In this document: piece after piece, positions 1 through 9,512 of the stretch | Layout: each line of letters starts with the position of its first letter | Position numbering within the stretch: the stretch's first letter is position 1 | Origin: a virus | Taxonomy: Duplodnaviria > Caudoviricetes | Strand: one strand, 5' to 3' | IMG/VR virus record: IMGVR_UViG_3300049489_000263 | Location: 1-52,739 of that record | DNA length: 52,739 bases | The notes under the pieces: generated by a model | The model's input: the letters and a program-made list of their open reading frames with translations, nothing else | The model's database searches: none | Told to the model about the DNA's origin: nothing | Made by a program: the position numbers and the translations under genes

Positions 1-86
1 GTAGGATAATCCTACACTCACGCACGGCGTCTTGACTTCTGACCACTTAAGTCCCGCCTAGCCTTGCCTGATACTTGATATCAAGA

Positions 87-134
<48 letters not shown>

Positions 135-298
135 TCTCGGATATCAGGAGTTGTGTGTCCAAACCGGGCCGCGTTGTGTGGGAGTACACGATGGCTAGAT
201 TTGGGCCAAACCGGGTCGCGCTGTGCGGGAGTACCCTAGGGCAGCGCCAGGTCGCACGGGCGTCGAACTAACACGCAAACAAACCCACCCAGGTCGAT

Positions 299-396
299 CA
301 ACTATTAACATGGGTCAGTCTCGACTCTCATCCAACTATTAACATGGGTCAGTCTCGACTCTCATCCAACTATTAACATGGGTCAGTCTCGACTCT
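299..396 (+). repeat. 34-bp tandem repeat x2.9 (CAACTATTAACATGGGTCAGTCTCGACTCTCATC), iteron-like
   Basis: Units start at 299, 333, 367; identical, no spacers. Confidence 0.92.
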
Positions 397-621
397 GGTC
401 GCCTAGCCAGGTCTCGACACAAGTCAACGTGATCGTGCGTTAACTTTGCCAGGCCGATTTCAGAGTATCAGGCTTGACGCCTGCGCCCCGATCGTGAGAC
501 TACGTGCATGACGCCAAAGGCCCGACTTGAGCGACCTGCCGACTGCAACGCTAGTTGCGGGCGGGCCGCCATAAGTGGCCAAGCGTTAACAAACCCGGCT
601 CAAGCCGGAAGGACGTGCACC

Positions 622-1530
622 ATGGCTCTTCGCATCACCCTCGCAGCCCGTGGCTCTGACTCCAAGGCGTACGCCTTGGCGACTCTGCTGCCCCTCGCCC
701 ACAACGTCATCCGGCGCGGCTTCGACATCTCAGAGCCGCTGACGGTCGGCGCCGACGACGGTACCGGAACCTGTCCGGTGGCCCTGGTCAAGGCACTGGT
801 CGGCGCCAACCTGACCGACAAGGGCGAGCCGAAGCCACTGCCACTGCCTGAGGCGGCCGACGGGGACCAGCTCAGGAAGCATTCCGACGAAGCGCCGACC
901 CGTGTCCCGGCCCTCGTTGCGCTGGAACGCTTGGAAAACCTGCCGGAGGAATGGGCGGAACTGACCGGCCGTGTCGTCGACGGCGCCCGGCGCACCTGCG
1001 CCGTCATCCTCGCCTACGCCCTGACCGGCCGTTGGTTCGCGCCGGCCATTGTCGAGACCGACAAGACCGGCCTTGCCGTGTCCGTGGCAAAGAACATTGC
1101 CAAGACTCTTTGCGTCCGTCAGGATTGGGAGGGTGCCGCCCGCGCCCTGGTTCTCGACACGGCCACGCCCTCGCCGCTGACGATGTCCTACGTGATGTCG
1201 GCCTTGTCGCTGACCCATGGCGCTGCGACTGCCGTCAAGGACGCTGTGATCCTGCTGCGCCGCTTCCCGGCCGTGAAGATCGTCGGGATGAAGGTGTCCA
1301 AAGAGTGGCGCGCCGGACTCGTCATGGCGAAGAATGCGCCGGACGAGACGGAAGCACAGCGCATCATTGACGCCATCGTCACGGAAGGCGGGAAGGATGT
1401 CACGCTCGCCAAGGTGGCGGATTTCCTCGCCGAGCAACCCGGCGCGTTTGCGAAGCGCATGGTGGACGCGCTGGCCACGGACAATTGGGAGGAGATCAAA
1501 TCGGCCTTGTCCAGCGTTTGCAAGGCCTGA
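622..1530 (+). CDS. Divergent ParB/Srx-like protein
   Basis: ATG 622 after GGAAGG RBS; GRVVDGARR resembles the ParB_N (I/V)DGxRR motif, followed by a candidate HTH (LTMSYVMSALSLTHGAAT); strong codon bias. Confidence 0.55.
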   Translation: MALRITLAARGSDSKAYALATLLPLAHNVIRRGFDISEPLTVGADDGTGTCPVALVKALVGANLTDKGEPKPLPLPEAADGDQLRKHSDEAPTRVPALVALERLENLPEEWAELTGRVVDGARRTCAVILAYALTGRWFAPAIVETDKTGLAVSVAKNIAKTLCVRQDWEGAARALVLDTATPSPLTMSYVMSALSLTHGAATAVKDAVILLRRFPAVKIVGMKVSKEWRAGLVMAKNAPDETEAQRIIDAIVTEGGKDVTLAKVADFLAEQPGAFAKRMVDALATDNWEEIKSALSSVCKA

Positions 1531-1623
1531 TCGGACTACGGCAAGGGCCATCGGCCCTTGCCAATGGGCCGCTAGACAACCTCTAGCGGCCCATTGGCAC
1601 TAACGCCAACGAGGAGTCAAACC

Positions 1624-1872
1624 ATGAACCTACAAATCGCGCTCCCAGGCATGAACCTGTCCGGTATAGGCTCCCTCCGCCTGGGCCATGCACCGGCCGA
1701 TGCTGGCTTGCTTGTGTTGGACCACGTCCGTGTCCTGCGGAATGACATGCTGGACGCTTTGAAGTCCGGCGCTGATTCCCGTACCATCGGTGCCCTGGCG
1801 CGCCGACTGGCCCAGACGAATCACCTGGCGGCGAAGTGCATGCGTATTGCGGGACCTATCCAATGGTCCTAG
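1624..1872 (+). CDS. Hypothetical protein
   Basis: ATG after GAGGAG RBS; co-oriented with upstream gene. Confidence 0.6.
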   Translation: MNLQIALPGMNLSGIGSLRLGHAPADAGLLVLDHVRVLRNDMLDALKSGADSRTIGALARRLAQTNHLAAKCMRIAGPIQWS

Positions 1873-2051
1873 AAGCACTGTTGCAAACCGGACCTGGCCT
1901 GTTCCAAACCGTGACGCTAAGCGTCCCGGGCCGGCTGGCCGTCGAGCGGATACGGCTGATTTTGAGGCCGCAAGGTGAGATTCTGGAATTGATACACGTA
2001 CCACACGAACACACCCGGACCATAGGGCACAAGAGAGGACCAGGATCCTAA
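1863..2051 (+). CDS. Hypothetical protein
   Basis: ATG overlaps end of upstream gene. Confidence 0.35.
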   Translation: MVLEALLQTGPGLFQTVTLSVPGRLAVERIRLILRPQGEILELIHVPHEHTRTIGHKRGPGS

Positions 2052-2186
2052 CACTAGCCTATGATATCCTGGACGCGAAGCAGCCATCTGTACTCCTGGC
2101 GCACAGCATCAAGCGGTTGAACGAAGCCCAGCGCGAGGAACTGATGCTGCGTCGAGTACTTCCGGTCTGATATCGAGTATCAAACC

Positions 2187-2225
2187 TAAAATACCCTCTT
2201 GAGCAATGCTCAAGAGGGTATTTTA
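2187..2225. terminator. Perfect 19-bp inverted repeat, bidirectional terminator-like
   Basis: TAAAATACCCTCTTGAGCA-A-TGCTCAAGAGGGTATTTTA; A and T runs at both ends; closes the + strand operon. Confidence 0.75.
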
Positions 2226-2251
2226 TTGACCTTCGCTGGGCTGTGCACTGC

Positions 2252-2373
2252 CTGATACCTGAAATCACCCTCGCCGGGCTACCTGGCGAGGGTTCTTTGC
2301 GTCCATTTGGCTAGCTGATACCCGAAATCACCTCGGCGGGCTGCCCGACAAGTGTTCTTTGCGTCCATTTGGC
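2252..2373 (+). repeat. Degenerate ~60-bp direct repeat x2, each starting with TGATAC-N3-AAATCA
   Basis: CTGATACCTGAAATCACC...GTTCTTTGCGTCCATTTGGC at 2252 and CTGATACCCGAAATCACC...GTTCTTTGCGTCCATTTGGC at 2315. Confidence 0.8.
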
Positions 2374-2457
2374 CTGATTTGGGCCATTTGGAGACATTAA
2401 ACCCAGGGGTTGGTGATTTTGGGTATCAAATGGCAGTCGGGTGGAGCCAACACGCCC

Positions 2458-2501
2458 GACCCAAGAGCCATTGACCCAAGAGCCATTGACCCAAGAGCCA
2501 T
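2458..2501 (+). repeat. 15-bp tandem repeat x3 (GACCCAAGAGCCATT)
   Basis: Read directly. Confidence 0.9.
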
Positions 2502-2843
2502 CGAGCAAATGCCTGGCAGATATCTAGTATCATGTCCACACGGGCAATGTCCACACGGGCCAGGACAAATGTCTAGTAGGCAGAACAAATGCACTACATC
2601 CCATGACTGACACTTATTGTCACCACTAGACCGCTACCCTATACGTGCTGCATGGACAAATCTTCAAAAACACGGAATCATCACGTACAGCCCGTTTCTC
2701 CCGGACCATGCAATGCCATGTCCGGCCGATTATCCTGGCCCTGCGTCGGGGTAATGCCACCTCTCCATGTCTTCGCAACCTCCACCCGAGTCCCGGCACC
2801 CACTGGATGATTAGTCCCCACGTCGCAGGCCCAGAATACCGTG

Positions 2844-3356
2844 CAAGTCCAATGCCTCACAAGACTTGGACCGTCTGGAGCATTCTGGATCTTTCAAAAG
2901 TCATAAATCCTTGCCACCACTAGACTTGGACCGTCTGGAGCATTTTCCATCCCAACCTTGCACCAGTATTTAAAAACCATAAAAATTTCCATATCGCACA
3001 CATAAAAATCATCAATCCATCAAATCATTTAATAGAGGGACCCAAGATATGCTCTTTACTGGACTTACAACTTCTGGACGGATTCTTGCCCTCTAGATCG
3101 AATGCTCAATCCATCCAACCCTAGTTCTGGCAAGGGCTTACGTCAAATGGACCTGTCGCGTGCCCCGAGTACTAGGGCTGCTAGTAGGTGTGCATCCCCA
3201 AACCACCATCACAGGCCACAAATGCCCAGCAGCCCACGAAACAAGCCCGCCCAGCCAAGAAACCTGGCTGGGCGGGCTAGGGCACACTAACTGCTATAGG
3301 AGCTAGGCGAGGCTGTTCTGCCCTAGTAATATAACTCCTGTCCTAGCAAGCACTTA
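2844..3356. repeat. Five spaced inverted-repeat motifs YAAnn-N15-RCTTR in a non-coding region
   Basis: Copies start at 2844, 2904, 3043, 3116, 3332, all with a 15-nt spacer; AGACTTGGACCGTCTGGAGCATT repeated at 2862 and 2922. Confidence 0.65.
3244..3278 (-). terminator. GC-rich hairpin, probable terminator of the - strand early operon
   Basis: AGCCCGCCCAGCCA/TGGCTGGGCGGGCT 14-bp stem followed by TGTTT on the - strand. Confidence 0.55.
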
Positions 3357-3456
3357 CGTCAGGCACCACTTCTAAGGCATCAAATCATGCCTAAGCCGTG
3401 CAGCTACAGCACTAACGGATGCTAAGATTCGCGGTATCAGGCGCCCGAGCCTGCAA

Positions 3457-4143
3457 TCACATCACACGACCATACGCCGGGTCCACTGGCAGCTCCCATT
3501 CCCACAGCCGTGTATATCGCTCAATCAGCCCAGATAGGTCGCTCACCATCCGCCGCTTATACAACACACTCTCCACCGCGACCCCATCGCAACACAGCAT
3601 CAGGTCAACCATCAGCCACACCGCGCCCTCCAATGCCCCGTAGGTCTCGAGCTGGAGATCGAATCCACCCAACCCGGTGCCCGGAACATCGCTAACCTTC
3701 CCCGATGACCGGTACACATACCCATCCTTGGGGTAGGGCCGCTTCTTGGCCATGAAGCCCGATAGCTTGGCGTCGACGACGACCACCGAACCATCCGCAT
3801 CCCGCGCTAAGAGGTCGTACTTGCCCACGACGGGCACCCCACCCAGCAATCGCGGCTCAGGGTTGTCCTGGACGGTAACACCAGTCCACTTCACGACCGC
3901 AGCAGGCAACACCGACCACTTCCGCCAGTACTCCAACACTCCTTGATATCGTGTATCAGGGGCCGAGGAATCTCCCGACAGAGCGTTCTTCCACACCAAA
4001 TCCCAATCCCGGCCAGCCAACATGGCCGGCGTCGGTGGCATCCGCTCCTTCAGAATATATTGCCGGTACCAATCACCTGGATCCTCCTCCCAGCGCGATA
4101 GCGACGACGGAGACAGGTACGCTAATTTGTCCTTAACCTTCAT
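3457..4143 (-). CDS. PD-(D/E)XK exonuclease (RecB/Cas4-like family)
   Basis: LSPSSL..W..DP..WY..YI N-terminus, GKYDLL...VVVDAK catalytic motif, QLETY. Confidence 0.85.
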   Translation of the reverse strand: MKVKDKLAYLSPSSLSRWEEDPGDWYRQYILKERMPPTPAMLAGRDWDLVWKNALSGDSSAPDTRYQGVLEYWRKWSVLPAAVVKWTGVTVQDNPEPRLLGGVPVVGKYDLLARDADGSVVVVDAKLSGFMAKKRPYPKDGYVYRSSGKVSDVPGTGLGGFDLQLETYGALEGAVWLMVDLMLCCDGVAVESVLYKRRMVSDLSGLIERYTRLWEWELPVDPAYGRVM

Positions 4144-4176
4144 GCAAGCTCCTCGGAGCAAAGGTGAATCGTCCAA

Positions 4177-4920
4177 TCACAGCACACCCAATAGCCGTGG
4201 CTCAACCCGTGCCCCGCCCACCTGCCTGAACCCCACTAGCACGCGGGATCCTACCCAATCAGAGCGTCGGCGGGCTGTATCATCTAGCCCCGTCCCGACC
4301 GTGATGCTCGGACCCGAGTCGAACCTAACCGTCAATGACCCAACCATCCCGACCAGGCGACCCTCCCCCGCATTAGTCCCCACCACGACGCCTTCCTCGC
4401 TATCCGTGGCCTTGATCTTGAGTATCCACCTTCCCCGGCCCGGCCTATAAATCCCATCGTCACGCAGGATCACGCCCTCTCCCCCACGCGCCACAACAGA
4501 GGCGTACAAACGTTCCACGACCACGCGATCGCCAGGCATCACGACCCTCTCCTGTGGCACCACTCCTGGATGCAGAGATATCGCCCTAAGCCGCTCACTG
4601 AATCCACCCCTGTGCAGCGGAGCATCGAACACCCTATATTGTATCTGGTCCCACCGGCTATCCGGCCGCTGGCGCTTGGTGATACTGAGTATCGAGTGCA
4701 ACGTCAAGCCGGGTGCCCATAGTTCCCCATCGAGCCCGTAAGGGGCGGACGGGATCCACTTATCTATCCACCACGCGGGCGCCGCGATCTTATTACCCAG
4801 GCGCGACCACAACGTTCCATCCCACAAGGCACGCATCCCATCCAGCTTCTCTGACACCCACCACACCCCCGAGGTGGGCCACCGGTCCTTCATATCTTGC
4901 CCTAATGTTGGTACAATCAC
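4177..4920 (-). CDS. Minimal ATP-dependent DNA ligase
   Basis: SEKLDGMR (motif I), LDGELW, VFD, GEGVILR, LKIK, C-terminal OB fold with VGTGL; GTGA overlap with upstream gene. Confidence 0.92.
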   Translation of the reverse strand: MIVPTLGQDMKDRWPTSGVWWVSEKLDGMRALWDGTLWSRLGNKIAAPAWWIDKWIPSAPYGLDGELWAPGLTLHSILSITKRQRPDSRWDQIQYRVFDAPLHRGGFSERLRAISLHPGVVPQERVVMPGDRVVVERLYASVVARGGEGVILRDDGIYRPGRGRWILKIKATDSEEGVVVGTNAGEGRLVGMVGSLTVRFDSGPSITVGTGLDDTARRRSDWVGSRVLVGFRQVGGARVEPRLLGVL

Positions 4921-5378
4921 AGACCGATCCTCCTGGCCCGTCGGGCCAATGCGGCACCACATAAGGATATGGTACCTGGTGACACCCCTAGGCGAACCGC
5001 AACCTCACCATCAGTGAGCCCTTCCAAGCGTCCGGCCACGAGTGCTGCCTCGCGCCCAGTCAGCTGCAACACTCCAAGGATCGAGTCCGTATCGTCCAAG
5101 CCCATTCCGTCCGGCGCTGGCACGTCACACAGTACTTGCCGACCCGTCCGACGCAGCCAATCCAGCCCAACACCGCGCATCGTGACGGCTACATACCGGG
5201 CGGATATGGGACCAGGCCGGCCATCTAGGCGCTCCATGGCGATATCGAACATCACCCCAGCCACGTCAGGGTCACGACTCATACATTGGGCCATCCAATA
5301 TACGCCGCAGAGCAGCTCCTCCTGTGTCCTGGCGGACTCGACCATCCGGTTAGCCTCAGAGAGGCTTGGTGTGCCCAT
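4917..5378 (-). CDS. ECF-type sigma factor-like protein
   Basis: ~153 aa; region-2-like RGVGLDWLRR and region-4 HTH LTGRE...LEGLTDGEVAVRLGVSPGTIS. Confidence 0.65.
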   Translation of the reverse strand: MGTPSLSEANRMVESARTQEELLCGVYWMAQCMSRDPDVAGVMFDIAMERLDGRPGPISARYVAVTMRGVGLDWLRRTGRQVLCDVPAPDGMGLDDTDSILGVLQLTGREAALVAGRLEGLTDGEVAVRLGVSPGTISLCGAALARRARRIGL

Positions 5379-5913
5379 GATAGTGGACCCCAAAGGCCGA
5401 GCCTAACTCAGCCGCACGGTGTGATGTGTTGTATCGTTGGTCGAGTAGCAGGCCGTCCAACTGATAGAACGCCCAGGAGGCGGCGATCTCATCTCGCCAA
5501 GGTTCAGCTGGGACAAAGGTCATGGCCCACACAAATGTATCAAGGAACCGAGCCCCAACGGAGGCATCGCGCACCACGATCAGCCCTGAGTTAAGCTCCT
5601 CCCTGCCATCGAGACACTCATATCGCCGATTCCCGATATCAGCGCACATACCCACGGACAAGGTTGTAGGTACCGGGCACGGCCGTTGCATCAGGATGTC
5701 GCAGTCCATCCCCACATATCCACGAGCGCAGGCCTGGGCCTTGAGCCACCCGGCCCTGGCCAAACCCGTATAAGGACTAGCCTCCACCATCCGAGCTTGC
5801 CCACTCCAGGCCGGATCATCTGATACCAGGCACCAGTCCCAGCCGGCAACTTCCATCCCGCGGATCCAGGGCTCAACATTGAACTTGCCCCACACGACAC
5901 CAGCTACTTTCAT
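5356..5913 (-). CDS. Glycosyltransferase, GT8/GT-A-like
   Basis: MDCD DxD motif, LNSGLIVV, LDQRYN, VHYHGHTKP (GT8-like C-terminal H..G..KP). Confidence 0.7.
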   Translation of the reverse strand: MKVAGVVWGKFNVEPWIRGMEVAGWDWCLVSDDPAWSGQARMVEASPYTGLARAGWLKAQACARGYVGMDCDILMQRPCPVPTTLSVGMCADIGNRRYECLDGREELNSGLIVVRDASVGARFLDTFVWAMTFVPAEPWRDEIAASWAFYQLDGLLLDQRYNTSHRAAELGSAFGVHYHGHTKPL

Positions 5914-5914
5914 G

Positions 5915-6136
5915 TCAGCACCTATACAGGATATGGCGGTTGCGCGGATCCAACTCACACGTGCCAGGATTGGGCAACCCACACTTGAACGTAGGTGCGG
6001 GATCGATCTCCCAGACTGAACGGATGCCCGTAGGATGCTCCGCGTTCAAGCGGGCGGTGGTCTCCGCATCCGACAGACGAGTACAGACCGATGCAGCACA
6101 GATGCCCACGGAATAAGCGTCGAACTCGGCTACCAT
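5915..6136 (-). CDS. Hypothetical protein
   Basis: Tightly packed in operon. Confidence 0.55.
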   Translation of the reverse strand: MVAEFDAYSVGICAASVCTRLSDAETTARLNAEHPTGIRSVWEIDPAPTFKCGLPNPGTCELDPRNRHILYRC

Positions 6137-6366
6137 GACTCACCCCGCCCAGGACGCGGAACCTCAATAGGAGGGAACCGTCGAGCCAACCACTCCTCGT
6201 GGAGGCCACGATAATGCTCCATCCGCTCAGCGGGTATCCGAGCCCGGACCCGCCCATCTGGGTTCACGATATCAGTGCAGCCACGTGTGGCGGCGATGCC
6301 CAGGATCACATCCCGGCCGAACGGCCAAGCGCGGGCTTCAGTGCGTGAGAGTATGTATTCAGACAT
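6130..6366 (-). CDS. Hypothetical protein
   Basis: Overlapping start/stop with neighbours. Confidence 0.55.
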   Translation of the reverse strand: MSEYILSRTEARAWPFGRDVILGIAATRGCTDIVNPDGRVRARIPAERMEHYRGLHEEWLARRFPPIEVPRPGRGESW

Positions 6367-6946
6367 GAGTGGCTCCTAAGTCCCAAGGTTTCATGAGGCG
6401 TTCCTGGTCCGCGATGTTGCGGATCAGCGACTGTACGACCGACTTCGGAACTGGTAGGCAGTACCGGTCCCAGGGTACCGCACTGGAGGTGAGCCAGTCC
6501 TCGATACTAAAGGTCTGGCACCCCACAGACACGACACCAGGACTAATCAACCAAGCTGTCCATACCAGGCACGACGCCGCGATCGACGACCCAACCAGCA
6601 CGCACGGTCCATGAACCTTGTGGCCTGGTTGCACGGTACCGCGTATCGTGCAGCCTCTAGCCACACCATGCACGCTGCCGCCTTCAACAACAGCTTCTGA
6701 GACCTCGCCCGATACGTGGCCGCCCTCGACGGTGCTCTTATAGACTAGGCCAGAGATCCGGCCAGAGACCTTGGAGTATTCGACACATCCACTAATGTAG
6801 GAGCCTGCTCCAATCGTCGAACGATAGACCATTCCAGTGATCGTCACAGCCTTGCCGATATTGGAATCACCAGTCACTCGGCCGCCTTCTGGCGTCAGGT
6901 ACATCCCAGGATTGACCCGCTTGTAGCCCATGCGTCTAGCTAACAC
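6359..6946 (-). CDS. Beta-helix-like Gly/Val/Ser repeat protein
   Basis: Repeats such as ITGMVYRSTI, ISGLVYKSTV, VSGEVSEAVV; C-terminal SVGCQTF..EDW. Confidence 0.6.
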   Translation of the reverse strand: MLARRMGYKRVNPGMYLTPEGGRVTGDSNIGKAVTITGMVYRSTIGAGSYISGCVEYSKVSGRISGLVYKSTVEGGHVSGEVSEAVVEGGSVHGVARGCTIRGTVQPGHKVHGPCVLVGSSIAASCLVWTAWLISPGVVSVGCQTFSIEDWLTSSAVPWDRYCLPVPKSVVQSLIRNIADQERLMKPWDLGATHV

Positions 6947-7148
6947 GTGTCACCTCCACGACGCAAGTATTGCGCTCGTCGAACGTGCACTCGGCGTGCA
7001 CACGCCCACCATGTTCGAGGGCCTCGATTACAGCCCATGCCCGTGGGCTGAACCGTCCAGACAGCGCGTTGGCTGATACAGGTGCACCCAACGGCCAGTC
7101 CCCTCGAATCGCTTTGTCCTTGTCGGATGAGGGTGTGATGAGATACAT
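6936..7148 (-). CDS. Hypothetical protein
   Basis: ATG after GGGGAG RBS. Confidence 0.55.
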   Translation of the reverse strand: MYLITPSSDKDKAIRGDWPLGAPVSANALSGRFSPRAWAVIEALEHGGRVHAECTFDERNTCVVEVTRVS

Positions 7149-7234
7149 GATAGTCTCCCCGGTAAGTATGGGCCTAACCATACTGACTCGGCTGGACGGG
7201 GTACAAGTACCCCGTCGGGTCGTGTCAGCTTCTC

Positions 7235-7459
7235 TTAGTCGTCCAAAGTCTCGACACGCTCGTATTGGATGTTGCCTAGATCGTCCTTCCAGATTATGTG
7301 TGTCTGGAAGTTGCCACCATCCCATATGTCAACCAGGCGCTTGACGTTAGGCACCCAATCCACAGCCTGTATGAGCGCGTGGTAAGCGGCGCGTTCAGCA
7401 TTCTCTGCTTCGACACGCTTGCGTTGGGCCTGGATCCAGGTTCTGATGAGGTCTTTCAT
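7235..7459 (-). CDS. Hypothetical protein
   Basis: ATG after GGAGG RBS. Confidence 0.6.
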   Translation of the reverse strand: MKDLIRTWIQAQRKRVEAENAERAAYHALIQAVDWVPNVKRLVDIWDGGNFQTHIIWKDDLGNIQYERVETLDD

Positions 7460-7826
7460 GGTTCCTCCATGTTGGGTGTTTGGGTAGGCGTTCAGCGATC
7501 CGTTGTCTGATACCATGCATCACAACTCCATCAGGCATCGGCTCGTGGAAGGGGTATGGCCGCCAGTCCAGCGTACACACCACCCCACGCCGCGTCAGTT
7601 CAGCCTTCAGTTCCATGAACCGTGCTGCCAGCCACGGGCCATATGGCAAGAAATATGCCATATGGCCTGTGCCCAAGGTCGGTGTCTTGGGCCGTGGCCC
7701 TGGGTGCCCGTATCGCTTATACCTAGCCCAAGCAAACGGCACCATCCGGGGCAATTCACGGTACTCTGCCAGCAAGTGCTGGTCACACAACTCCGCTGGC
7801 GGTACGCCCATGTTGATCCTGGTCAC
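7395..7826 (-). CDS. denV: Pyrimidine-dimer DNA glycosylase / endonuclease V
   Basis: MTRIN...PAELCDQHLLAEYRELPR and LGTGHMAYF match T4 endonuclease V (N-terminal Thr and catalytic Glu kept). Confidence 0.93.
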   Translation of the reverse strand: MTRINMGVPPAELCDQHLLAEYRELPRMVPFAWARYKRYGHPGPRPKTPTLGTGHMAYFLPYGPWLAARFMELKAELTRRGVVCTLDWRPYPFHEPMPDGVVMHGIRQRIAERLPKHPTWRNHERPHQNLDPGPTQACRSREC

Positions 7827-8074
7827 GTCGGGTACCTCCGCTTATGGGCAGCCCGCTTGTGCTCCAGACGCTCGGCTCTGAGCCTGGCTGCCGCGTCCGG
7901 ATCGTAGGGTGCAGCCTCATGTAAGGCGAACCGGGTTGGTTCGTCGGCGCGCGCGCGCGCGGCCGTAAGGGTCTCGAATGATGAAGTCCCATCAGGCGTC
8001 CTGTCCCGAGCCTGTACCAGATCATCCATGGCCAAAGCAGCCAGGCTCATAACGAGGTAGCTTGCCTTGTTCAT
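7823..8074 (-). CDS. Hypothetical protein
   Basis: Coupled stop/start, GGAGG RBS. Confidence 0.55.
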   Translation of the reverse strand: MNKASYLVMSLAALAMDDLVQARDRTPDGTSSFETLTAARARADEPTRFALHEAAPYDPDAAARLRAERLEHKRAAHKRRYPT

Positions 8075-8286
8075 TATCGCCTCCTAGTGAGCCAATATGT
8101 CACCGTACCACTAGATAGCATCTTATATAGCCCGATCAGTGCTACAATTGGCCAGAACCAAATAATCAGCGCGCACAGGGCAAGGAGAGCCGCCAGCGGA
8201 GCGTCGTCATCCTCGAACCCTATAATCCGACCAGTAATCAGGAGTGTCAGATGCCCGCAGGCTATGTATATTAGAAGGATGTTCAC
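8074..8286 (-). CDS. Small membrane protein (2 TM)
   Basis: Two hydrophobic segments separated by acidic FEDDD loop. Confidence 0.6.
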   Translation of the reverse strand: MNILLIYIACGHLTLLITGRIIGFEDDDAPLAALLALCALIIWFWPIVALIGLYKMLSSGTVTYWLTRRR

Positions 8287-8900
8287 AACGCCTCCAGCCG
8301 CTGATTCACAGCATCACGCAGTTGAAGCGCCTCGGCCTCAGTCGATGTATATGGCCAATAGCGGTAGTGCGACGGATCAACCGTCGGAATCTCAGCAGAC
8401 TTGGCTACGACATACAGGCTATCCACATTCAGGCGTTCACACAGAGCCTTGATATACTCGTAATGGTATCCATCCATCAGGCAGATCCAGTATCCTGTGC
8501 CGCGCTCGTGCTGCGGATCGTTGGTAACGCGATAGTTGTCCGGAAGCTTGTTCGTGTAGACCACGAGCTTGTCGTCCTCAACTCGCGTAAGACCGTAGCC
8601 CTCCACAACAGTGGCATGATCCTTGAACCACACGTGGACTGCATCGTGGATACGCACATCGTGAGTCAGGCTATCATCCAGGTACCATTGAGGGATGTAG
8701 TCTTGGTCGATGATGATCCTCCAGCAACAGGGATCGGACAGCCAATCCCCATCAGATGGTGAACACTCCACACGAATGAACTGCGGCATGTCGCTGGTAT
8801 CAGGTATCCCTTCACGCTGTAGGATCCTGGTGTGACTCATGCTATCGGTCGGCATATGCACCGACTCAGGAGTGAGGATGAGCGAGACGGGGTTGCACAT
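8283..8900 (-). CDS. Hypothetical protein
   Basis: ATG (MCNPVS) after GGGAG RBS; the longer ORF-track start overlaps the tRNA. Confidence 0.65.
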   Translation of the reverse strand: MCNPVSLILTPESVHMPTDSMSHTRILQREGIPDTSDMPQFIRVECSPSDGDWLSDPCCWRIIIDQDYIPQWYLDDSLTHDVRIHDAVHVWFKDHATVVEGYGLTRVEDDKLVVYTNKLPDNYRVTNDPQHERGTGYWICLMDGYHYEYIKALCERLNVDSLYVVAKSAEIPTVDPSHYRYWPYTSTEAEALQLRDAVNQRLEAL

Positions 8901-8941
8901 GGTGTGCTCCCTATGGTTGTGGCCCTTTGGGCCGGATGTAA

Positions 8942-9016
8942 TACACGGGGAGGGACTCGAACCCTCAAGAAAGCGGCTTCTAAGGCCGCCGCGTTTGCCA
9001 GTTTCGCCGCCCGTGC
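8942..9016 (-). tRNA. tRNA-Leu(TAG) with short variable region, no encoded CCA
   Basis: Acceptor GCACGGG/CCCGTGT, D-loop with TGG, anticodon arm GCGGC-CTTAGAA-GCCGC, T arm GAGGG-TTCGAGT-CCCTC, discriminator A. Confidence 0.85.
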
Positions 9017-9042
9017 GTGGCTGCCCCGTAGGGCAGCGGGAG

Positions 9043-9264
9043 TCACAACAGCTTGGACAACTCGTCGATAGTCTGTTTGATCGCAGCCTTGAGGCGTTGG
9101 ATCTCGTCATCGACTGGTACAAAGATCACGCTGCATCCGTCTTGTCGTCGGCTAGCCGAGCATGGTGCCCTATAGCAAGCTATATCATCTTCTCGGAACG
9201 CACATTCCTCGCAAGAGACGGATGCTTTGGCCACATAGCCAGTAGGTGCTTCATGTGGGTTCAC
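9043..9264 (-). CDS. Cys-rich hypothetical protein
   Basis: CEECAF...C...C...R.DG.SVIF; ATGA overlap. Confidence 0.6.
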   Translation of the reverse strand: MNPHEAPTGYVAKASVSCEECAFREDDIACYRAPCSASRRQDGCSVIFVPVDDEIQRLKAAIKQTIDELSKLL

Positions 9265-9512
9265 AGGTAGATCCCCTTCTCAATAAGGCTATCGACCATG
9301 GCTCGATAGTGTGAATCGGGCCTCACCACCGGTTCAGGAACCGGTTCCTTGTCTTTAGAGTCACGCATGTACTTGGCCTGATCCCGGCATCGAACGTGAT
9401 ACTTGATGTTGGGACGGTTCCGTTGGAGCGGCTTCCCGCATACCGCGCAGATGATGGTCCTCACGATACGCTCCTCAGTATGCCATCTTCCAAGGTGATC
9501 TGGGCATACCAA
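9261..9512 (-). CDS. Zinc-finger hypothetical protein
   Basis: CAVCG...KYHVRC; start uncertain. Confidence 0.5.
   Translation of the reverse strand: MVCPDHLGRWHTEERIVRTIICAVCGKPLQRNRPNIKYHVRCRDQAKYMRDSKDKEPVPEPVVRPDSHYRAMVDSLIEKGIYL

Noticed and set aside
299-396. CRISPR array
   Set aside because: The 34-bp units are contiguous with no unique spacers, and there is no cas operon; the PD-(D/E)XK gene is a common phage exonuclease.
474-502. sigma70 promoter TTGACG-N16-GAGACT
   Set aside because: The -10 match is poor; insufficient support.
7946-7961. (GC)n run as a Z-DNA element
   Set aside because: Short and explained by Ala-Arg codons within a CDS.
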